Shown one piece after another: positions 26,493 through 32,000 of a DNA stretch of 32,000 nt. Within the stretch, counting starts at the first letter, position 1, and each line of letters begins with the position of its first letter. The notes under the pieces are model-generated. The model was given only the letters and a program-made list of their open reading frames with translations. It ran no database searches and was not told the DNA's origin. The stretch is from Breznakia blatticola (GTDB lineage: Bacteria > Bacillota_I > Bacilli_A > Erysipelotrichales > Erysipelotrichaceae): NCBI RefSeq assembly GCF_004365815.1, contig NZ_SODD01000027.1, positions 898 to 32,897 of the forward strand. The letters are read 5' to 3'. The translations under genes were made by a program, and so were the position numbers.

Positions 26493-26960
26493 CTAATCGA
26501 ATCCTTTTATATTGATTATTTCTTGATAATATTCATCTACTGTTTTTGCATTGAGTAAACGATCCATCAAATCTTGATCCTGCAGATTATCAACTAGGAG
26601 TTGCAACATTTCCACATGTCCATCACCTTTTATGAATCCAAGAACAAAGATTAGTTGAACGTCATGCCATACATCACTGGTTGCCATTTCACACCAAGCA
26701 ATTGGTTTTGCTAGTCGAACTGCTGCAACAAATGGGGTGATAATATGTACTGCATCCGCATGCGGTATCGCAATTGGATATGGTTGCGTTGGTAAGCCTG
26801 TTGGGTATGCTTCTTCCCTTGTTACCAATGCTTGATAATATGTTTCCTTCACAAATCCTTTGGCAAAAAGTATTTCACTCATTTTCGCAAAGAAATCATT
26901 TTGATTTTCTACCTGCATATCTAGTTGAATCAGGTCTTTGATAATCATTGAACTGTCCAT
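26493..26960 (-). CDS. PTS EIIA component (mannitol/fructose/Ntr-type fold, GatA-like)
   Basis: 155-aa ORF with PTGLPTQPYPIAIPHADAVH (active His) and FVLGF. RBS AAAGGAGAG. Confidence 0.8.
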   Translation of the reverse strand: MDSSMIIKDLIQLDMQVENQNDFFAKMSEILFAKGFVKETYYQALVTREEAYPTGLPTQPYPIAIPHADAVHIITPFVAAVRLAKPIAWCEMATSDVWHDVQLIFVLGFIKGDGHVEMLQLLVDNLQDQDLMDRLLNAKTVDEYYQEIINIKGFD

Positions 26961-27021
26961 TTACTCTCCTTTCGCAATTGCTTGCATCTGCGCGCCGATC
27001 CATGGCAACTTGCTTAATCAC

Positions 27022-27050
27022 ATTATATGAGTAGAAACATTTTCAGGCAA
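27022..27050 (-). promoter_or_regulatory. Sigma-A type promoter of the PTS-dha operon
   Basis: Minus strand reads TTGCCT, a 17-nt spacer, then TATAAT (perfect -10). Lies about 60 nt upstream of the EIIA start. Confidence 0.55.
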
Positions 27051-27069
27051 AGCAATTTCGGGACAATTA

Positions 27070-27089
27070 ATGCACAACACAATGTGCAA
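27070..27089. promoter_or_regulatory. Inverted repeat TGCACA-N6-TGTGCA, candidate activator operator
   Basis: aTGCACAacacaaTGTGCAa. The promoter-proximal half-site ends exactly 20 nt upstream of the -35 hexamer. Confidence 0.45.
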
Positions 27090-27133
27090 TACAGTGATGG
27101 GCGCTAAAGTTGCGCAACCTTGTGACGTAAAAT

Positions 27134-27176
27134 CCATAAAAAAATACCAAACTTTTCCATAAAGAATGGTATTTCT
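27134..27176 (-). terminator. Rho-independent terminator after histidine phosphatase gene 27186-27761
   Basis: Minus strand reads AAATACCA-(17-nt loop containing an inner CTTT/AAAG pair)-TGGTATTT followed by TTTTTATGG. Confidence 0.65.
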
Positions 27177-27185
27177 AATAAATTA

Positions 27186-27761
27186 TCACAAATTTTGATT
27201 CATAATTTCGACTAAAGTAAACATGTCATGACCCCATGTTAATTTTAAGATACAGCAATTGCCAACACCAGTTTCCTTAATCGCTTCAAGACTAGGATCC
27301 ATATGACAAGTCTCTAAGAAATAAGCAATACTCACACCTGAACTTACAGCAAGTATGACTTGACTATCCCTATCATGGCAAACTTGTTGCAAATAATAGC
27401 TCACTCTAGTTTTTACATCCTGTGCGCTTTCTCCACCAACTTTACTCGTTAATGTATCCCCATAAATATCTTGCTGACCTGCTCCTATATAGACTTCACC
27501 TTCTACTTCTCCATACCAACGTTCACGTAAATCTTTACTTCGTTGATATGGTTGATTTGGTGCAATATACTCCATTGTGTCACAACATCTTTCACTCGTG
27601 GAACAAACAAGTGTATCAAAGTTTACATCTTTAAGTATTTCATGTGCCTGTTTGGCTTGTTTAATCCATTTATCTGTTAGTGGTGAATCACACCACCCTT
27701 GAATCCGGTGCTGTACATTGAAGTACGTTTGTCCATGTCGAACTACATATAATGTTTTCAT
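27186..27761 (-). CDS. Histidine phosphatase superfamily protein, variant lacking the second conserved His
   Basis: VVRHGQTYFN, STSERCCDT, RERWYGEVEGE, but AVSSGVSIAYF where paralogs have xSHGxxI. ATG at 27761 (MKTLYVV) is preceded by GAGGG at 8 nt; the ORF track starts at TTG 27767. Confidence 0.78.
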   Translation of the reverse strand: MKTLYVVRHGQTYFNVQHRIQGWCDSPLTDKWIKQAKQAHEILKDVNFDTLVCSTSERCCDTMEYIAPNQPYQRSKDLRERWYGEVEGEVYIGAGQQDIYGDTLTSKVGGESAQDVKTRVSYYLQQVCHDRDSQVILAVSSGVSIAYFLETCHMDPSLEAIKETGVGNCCILKLTWGHDMFTLVEIMNQNL

Positions 27762-27781
27762 ATACAATTCCCTCTACATGC

Positions 27782-27810
27782 ATTATAAAACGTTACGTTT
27801 TTTACAACAA
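27782..27810 (-). promoter_or_regulatory. Candidate sigma-A promoter of histidine phosphatase gene
   Basis: Minus strand reads TTGTTG, a 17-nt spacer, then TATAAT. The spacer contains the palindrome AACGTAACGTT (27789-27799). Confidence 0.45.
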
Positions 27811-27830
27811 ATGCTTTTGGAAACAAAAAT

Positions 27831-27848
27831 TGCACATCTTTATGCACA
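27831..27848. promoter_or_regulatory. Direct repeat TGCACA-N6-TGCACA upstream of the -35 hexamer
   Basis: TGCACAtctttaTGCACA. The proximal copy ends exactly 20 nt upstream of the -35 hexamer, the same geometry as at 27070-27089. Confidence 0.35.
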
Positions 27849-27869
27849 TAATAGGACTCAATGAAATCT

Positions 27870-27897
27870 AAATAAAAAGACTTCATCTCAGAAGTCC
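27870..27897 (-). terminator. Rho-independent terminator after cutC
   Basis: Minus strand reads GACTTC-TGAGAT-GAAGTC followed by TTTTTATTT. Confidence 0.7.
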
Positions 27898-27898
27898 A

Positions 27899-28645
27899 TT
27901 ATGTATGTAATGCATCAACAAAGTCGATAACTGCTTGTTTGTCTACACATTCATAATCAAGTTCGTGATTCTTCGCATATCCATACGATACCTGTTTTGC
28001 TTTTGCTGTAAGATCTCTTTTCCATGTTTTACATGATGCATGTACTTGCTGCAACTGCGTCTTTTCAAGTACTTGCTTTACATTATCTGCACGCAAACCT
28101 ACACCACCTAAGATTTCGATTTGCTTGCCATATGTATTTTGTAGGTAGGCTAGTGTCTCAATTCCGGTAATAGCAGTTTCACCTTGTCCACTTGTTAGTA
28201 CACGATCCACCTTACAATTTATAAGTGTACGCATTGCTTCATCAATATCTTGTATGACATCAAATGCACGATGTACAACAGCTTGTCCACCATACTTATG
28301 AATCAAATCACAAAATTCTTTTGTGCGTGCAGCATCAATTGTAAAATCTTCATTTAGAAATCCAAACACAATTGCTTCTACACCTTCTTGTAATAACAAC
28401 TGTGCATCTTGTTTCATCACTTCATATTCTTCATTTGTATAATGAAATCCACCAGCTCTAGGACGCACCATAGCTGCAATTGGCAATGAAATATGTTGTT
28501 TTACTAATTTCACTGTTCCCATACTTGGCGTTAGTCCACCTAAATATAATGCACTATTTAACTCAATACGGTTTGCCCCACCTGCTTGTGCAGCCAAACA
28601 ATCTTCATAACTTCCTGCACATACTTCAAAAATTATATCTTTCAT
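27899..28645 (-). CDS. cutC: CutC family protein (copper homeostasis protein CutC-like TIM barrel)
   Basis: 248-aa ORF collinear with E. coli CutC as recalled: EVCAGSYEDCLAAQAGGANRIELNSAL..GGLTPS, VRPRAGGFHY, HRAFD, RVLTSGQ. Confidence 0.85.
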   Translation of the reverse strand: MKDIIFEVCAGSYEDCLAAQAGGANRIELNSALYLGGLTPSMGTVKLVKQHISLPIAAMVRPRAGGFHYTNEEYEVMKQDAQLLLQEGVEAIVFGFLNEDFTIDAARTKEFCDLIHKYGGQAVVHRAFDVIQDIDEAMRTLINCKVDRVLTSGQGETAITGIETLAYLQNTYGKQIEILGGVGLRADNVKQVLEKTQLQQVHASCKTWKRDLTAKAKQVSYGYAKNHELDYECVDKQAVIDFVDALHT

Positions 28646-28659
28646 GGTTCCTCACTTTA

Positions 28660-28700
28660 TTTTGCATACAAAATGCAAAAGACAGAATTGCTTCCGTCTT
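28660..28700 (-). terminator. Terminator-like hairpin after the SIS gene
   Basis: Minus strand reads AAGACgGAA-gcaa-TTCtGTCTT followed by TTGCATTTTG. An adjacent palindrome TTTTGCAT-ACAA-ATGCAAAA is also present. Confidence 0.5.
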
Positions 28701-28702
28701 CT

Positions 28703-29437
28703 TTACTTGGTATATAAACGTGCGTATTTTTTCATGAAGGCATCATTTTTTTCAAATCCTCCATCAACATTTGCACTCACGAACACTTCAACTTCTTGTC
28801 CATTTTGAGCTAGCGTACTTGCGCAAACTACACTGATTGCACCACAAATAAATGCATTGGCAATCGATGATGTTGGATACATTGGAATATCGATTCCTTC
28901 AAAATAACTCGCTGCATCCCCTTTTTGTCCGCAGTTATCAATAACAATATCTGCAACTTCTAGTAAACGCTTGTTGTGTTTATTACGTGGCTTTGTTTCC
29001 ATTGAATGGTGTACGTTAGTAATTGCAATGACGGTTGCTTTACGTCTTTTTGCTTCAACTGCAACTTCTACTGGATATGGATTTCTTCCAGAGTTACTTG
29101 CAATTAAAACAACATCACCTTCTTGAATATCAAATAAATCGACAAGTAGATCCCCATATCCATCAAGATTTTCAATTAGGGAACTCTTTGTTGGGTGCTC
29201 ATTTAGTGTTAATTCTGTAGGCATCATTGGCACCACAAAAGCAAGCCCTCCTGCACGCCCATAAAACTCTTCAGCTACAGAATGTGAATGTCCACTTCCC
29301 GTCACTAAAAAGCGATGTCCTGCACTATGCGCATTAGCAATAGCAATTCCAGCTTCTTCGATTGCCTTTGCTTGTGTATCCTTAATCTTATGTACAACGT
29401 CTAAACCAATACTAAATGTCTGCTCAACTAGTTTCAT
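28703..29437 (-). CDS. SIS (sugar isomerase) domain protein, UPF0309-like
   Basis: 244-aa ORF with FLVTGSGHSHSVAEE and LIASNSGRNPYPVE (SIS phosphosugar-binding motifs). RBS AGGAGA. Confidence 0.75.
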   Translation of the reverse strand: MKLVEQTFSIGLDVVHKIKDTQAKAIEEAGIAIANAHSAGHRFLVTGSGHSHSVAEEFYGRAGGLAFVVPMMPTELTLNEHPTKSSLIENLDGYGDLLVDLFDIQEGDVVLIASNSGRNPYPVEVAVEAKRRKATVIAITNVHHSMETKPRNKHNKRLLEVADIVIDNCGQKGDAASYFEGIDIPMYPTSSIANAFICGAISVVCASTLAQNGQEVEVFVSANVDGGFEKNDAFMKKYARLYTK

Positions 29438-29446
29438 AAGTTTCTC

Positions 29447-30247
29447 CTATTTTAAGATTTCAAAATGTTTACAGGCTTCATAGATTCCATTTTTACCACA
29501 TGGTTTTGTCACAAAGTCTGCTTTTGCTTTTACTTCATCGACAGCATTGCCCATTGCAACACCAATCCCACATGTTTCAATCATACTTAAATCATTATAG
29601 TTATCACCAAAGGCTATCGCTTGTTCCATCGTGCATCCAATATGCTCACAAATATGTGCGATGGCGTTTGCTTTACTTGTCTTCTTTGGGTGAATATCAA
29701 ATCCATTTCCAAAGAACTTATCAAATTGTAAGTGTGGATACTTCGGTTTGATTTGTTTAAAGATGCTCGGTTCAACACGACTCACTGCAGCTAAAGGTAA
29801 ACTTTGCTTATGTCGTGTTTTCTTTTTTCGATGATCTTCAAAATTACCCCAACGACCTAGCAAGATCATCAAACGATTTTGCAAAGGAAGTTTTCCTGCA
29901 TATAAATATCCTTTTTCAGGAAATTGAAATTGTAAATATTGTTTGAAGTGCGTGAAATCTTGGACAAGATTTTCTGTATCCTGTTTCGATAATGGTTCAC
30001 TATACAATTCATGAAATGCATGATCCATGATATAGGTTCCGTTCAAACAAATATAATAATCAAATGTGAAATACTGTGATAGTTTTTCTTTTACGAAATA
30101 TGGTGGACGTCCACTTGCAATTGCAAGTTTAATTCCCTGTTCACGTAACTTATTTAGACAGTTCAAATCATCTTCTTCAATTCGATGTGTTATATGGTTA
30201 AACAAGGTTCCATCAACATCAAATGCAGCTATTTTTATATCTTTCAT
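29447..30247 (-). CDS. Cof-type HAD-IIB family hydrolase (sugar phosphatase-like)
   Basis: 266-aa ORF with AAFDVDGTLF, IASGRPP, AFGDNYNDLSM. Confidence 0.82.
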   Translation of the reverse strand: MKDIKIAAFDVDGTLFNHITHRIEEDDLNCLNKLREQGIKLAIASGRPPYFVKEKLSQYFTFDYYICLNGTYIMDHAFHELYSEPLSKQDTENLVQDFTHFKQYLQFQFPEKGYLYAGKLPLQNRLMILLGRWGNFEDHRKKKTRHKQSLPLAAVSRVEPSIFKQIKPKYPHLQFDKFFGNGFDIHPKKTSKANAIAHICEHIGCTMEQAIAFGDNYNDLSMIETCGIGVAMGNAVDEVKAKADFVTKPCGKNGIYEACKHFEILK

Positions 30248-30262
30248 ACTTTACTATCACAA

Positions 30263-31750
30263 CTATTTCTTGTGATATAACTTTTGCGTTCTAAATTTCG
30301 GTGAACATGTGTAATTCATTTTTAAACGGTTAAAGACATTTTCATCATCTTTTCTTAAGATTACCGTAGAGTGTACTTCACATCCTTGAAGTTTCTTTAA
30401 TTGTTGCATGGCAAGCTCTGCAACTGGGTTTGTTGTTGCACTTACTGCAAGCATGACAAGCATTTCACCTGCATGAATACGTGGATTATTATTTCCAAGT
30501 ATATCCGTTTTTAGTTTTTGGACTGGCTCAATAACCGATGGCGAGATCAATGGTAAACGATCATCAATTCCACCAAGTGCTTTTGCGGCATTTAATAAAG
30601 CTGCTGAACTTGCACGTAGTAGAGTCGATGTTTTCCCTGTGATTAAACGACCATCAGGTAGTTCAATTGCGACTGCTGGTTCATCTGTCTCGATTGATTT
30701 TGCTTCACTTGCTCCAACCACCTTACGGTTACTTGGTTTAAGATTTGCTTGGTTCATCAACATTTCAATTTTTTGAATGGCTTCTTTTGAACCTGTTCCC
30801 AAACGTTCATTTACTAGTGATTGATAGTAACGACGTAAGATTTCTTTATTGGCTGCATCTTGTGCAGCATCATCATTTTCAATTGCATACCCTGCCATAT
30901 TTACACCCATATCCGTTGGGCTTTTATATGGCGATACACCATTGATGTTTTCAAACATACGACGCAACACTGGGAATACTTCTACATCACGGTTATAGGA
31001 AACAACCGCTTCTCCATATGCTTCTAAATGGAATGGGTCAATCATATTTACATCATCAAGTTCTGCAGTAGCTGCTTCATATGCTAAGTTAACTGGATGC
31101 TTTAATGGAATGTTCCAAATTGGGAATGTTTCATATTTTGCATAACCAGAACGTACCCCGCGTTTATGATCATGATACATTTGTGACATACATGTTGCCA
31201 TCTTTCCACTTCCTGGACCAGGTGCAGTTACGACAATCAACTCTCTAGTTGTTTCAATGTATTCATTACGTCCAAACCCGTCGTCACTTAAAATAACATC
31301 CACATTGCTTGGATATCCTTCAATTGAATAGTGGACGTACACTTTTACATCCATACTTTCTAAACGTTCACGGAATTGAACTGCTGTTGGTTGTGCCATA
31401 AACTGCGTAATTACAACACTTCCTACATATAGATCAACACTTCTAAACGCATCGATTAGTCGCAATACTTCTTGGTCATAGGTAATTCCTAAGTCACCAC
31501 GAACTTTACTTCCTTCAATGTCGTTGGCATTGATTACAATCACGATTTCTACTTTATCTTGAATCTTCGAAAGCATTTGTACTTTAATATCTGGTAAGAA
31601 TCCTGGAAGAACTCTTGATGCATGATAATCATCAAATAATTTCCCTCCAAACTCCAAATACAAGCGATTATCAAAGCTGGCAATCCGCTTTAAGATATTC
31701 TCACTTTGTAACTCTAAATACTTTTCCGAATTAAATGCTATTTGCTCCAT
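30263..31750 (-). CDS. DUF1846 / UPF0371 family protein (function unknown)
   Basis: 495-aa ORF. Collinear with my recollection of streptococcal UPF0371 proteins: YLEFGGKLFDD.HA.RVLPG, VVTAPGPGSGK.ATCMSQMYHD, HPVNLAYEAATA.LDDVNMIDPFH, SPTDMGVNM. Confidence 0.8.
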   Translation of the reverse strand: MEQIAFNSEKYLELQSENILKRIASFDNRLYLEFGGKLFDDYHASRVLPGFLPDIKVQMLSKIQDKVEIVIVINANDIEGSKVRGDLGITYDQEVLRLIDAFRSVDLYVGSVVITQFMAQPTAVQFRERLESMDVKVYVHYSIEGYPSNVDVILSDDGFGRNEYIETTRELIVVTAPGPGSGKMATCMSQMYHDHKRGVRSGYAKYETFPIWNIPLKHPVNLAYEAATAELDDVNMIDPFHLEAYGEAVVSYNRDVEVFPVLRRMFENINGVSPYKSPTDMGVNMAGYAIENDDAAQDAANKEILRRYYQSLVNERLGTGSKEAIQKIEMLMNQANLKPSNRKVVGASEAKSIETDEPAVAIELPDGRLITGKTSTLLRASSAALLNAAKALGGIDDRLPLISPSVIEPVQKLKTDILGNNNPRIHAGEMLVMLAVSATTNPVAELAMQQLKKLQGCEVHSTVILRKDDENVFNRLKMNYTCSPKFRTQKLYHKK

Positions 31751-31903
31751 TCATATAACCTCATTAACTTTCCTTAACATTATAGCAAACTTCCAAGATG
31801 AAAACGCATCAACTCAATGAAAATAAAGAAAAGTTTTTCATTACGTATATAAAGTGATTCAAAACTAGGCCAACCTGCTGATTTTTCTTTGTTTTTACAA
31901 ATG

Positions 31904-31962
31904 AAAAGGAGCTGTGACAGATAGGCATATTTAGCCAAATCTAGAGCACAGCTCCTTTTTTT
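31904..31962. terminator. Long hairpin with T-tract (terminator; strand assignment ambiguous)
   Basis: AAAAGGAGCTGTG-(30 nt, itself partly paired AGAT.GGC/GCC.ATCT)-CACAGCTCCTTTT followed by TTTC on the plus strand. On the minus strand the hairpin is followed by TTTTCATTTG, and it may terminate a gene entering from beyond base 32000. Confidence 0.5.
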
Positions 31963-32000
31963 CTTGGTTTATTCCATATATTGCTCATTTTCTTAATCAT

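Noticed and set aside
27003-27013. TGGCAACTTGC resembling a sigma-54 (-24 GG / -12 GC) promoter, which is attractive because some PRD/EBP regulators use sigma-54
   Set aside because: The GG-to-GC spacing is far too short compared with the canonical TGGCAC-N5-TTGCW. It is on the wrong strand for the operon. The regulator here has no AAA+ sigma-54 activation domain (it is MtlR/LicR-type).
26961-27021. RAT/terminator antitermination switch in the PTS-dha leader, since the regulator would be auto-annotated as 'BglG family antiterminator'
   Set aside because: No hairpin plus U-tract terminator exists in the leader. The 687-aa regulator also has N-terminal DNA-binding HTH domains rather than the small CAT RNA-binding domain.
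31941-32000. 20-codon minus-strand ORF open to the window edge (…MSNIWNKPRKKGAVL*)
   Set aside because: It is too short to identify or to confirm as coding, so it is mentioned only as context for the terminal hairpin.
1-32000. Search for CRISPR arrays, tRNA/rRNA, IS elements, integrases, toxin-antitoxin pairs or defence-system genes
   Set aside because: No regularly spaced direct repeats, cloverleaf-like GC-rich segments, terminal inverted repeats with a transposase ORF, or nuclease/ATPase/methylase-type ORFs were seen. All large ORFs are accounted for by metabolic, transport, regulatory or housekeeping families.

Overview
All calls below come from motif recognition by eye. No BLAST, HMM, folding or composition calculation was run.

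This is a low-GC, Bacillota-type chromosomal segment, possibly from a gut Erysipelotrichales or Clostridia-like organism (a weak guess). I support 31 protein genes, and 30 of them lie on the minus strand. Genes are tightly packed, with Shine-Dalgarno sites, frequent start/stop overlaps, and many hairpin plus T-tract terminators. I saw no rRNA, tRNA, CRISPR array, transposase, integrase or phage genes.

Layout:
- **1-1.8 kb:** two tandemly duplicated ROK kinases.
- **1.9-5.9 kb:** housekeeping genes for an SGNH hydrolase, Tex and PepT.
- **6.0-6.7 kb:** the only plus-strand gene, an orphan membrane-anchored low-complexity protein.
- **6.7-17.3 kb, accessory block A:** a glucoside-type PTS EIIBC, then an AraC regulator fused to a GH39-like domain that lacks both catalytic glutamates, then an 8-gene operon. 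The operon encodes two Gfo/Idh/MocA oxidoreductases, two xylose-isomerase-like TIM barrels, a 144-aa DgpB/CarC-like (DUF6379-like) small subunit, a histidine phosphatase, a ROK glucokinase and PTS EIIA-Glc. I read this as a hydrolase-free oxidise-then-cleave deglycosylation pathway of the C-glycoside deglycosidase type, unusually wired to a PTS.
- **17.7-27.0 kb, accessory block B:** a galactitol-family PTS EIIA/B/C, two DhaK/DhaL kinase pairs (one canonical, one motif-divergent) with no DhaM, an MtlR/LicR-type PRD activator, a class II aldolase and a membrane-anchored HAD phosphatase.
- **27.2-31.8 kb:** a second histidine phosphatase, CutC, and a cluster of a SIS (UPF0309-like) protein, a Cof-HAD hydrolase and a DUF1846 protein.

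The most interesting items are block A, the pseudo-GH39 AraC sensor, and the DhaM-less twin DhaKL/PTS/aldolase operon with its shared TGTGCA promoter motif.
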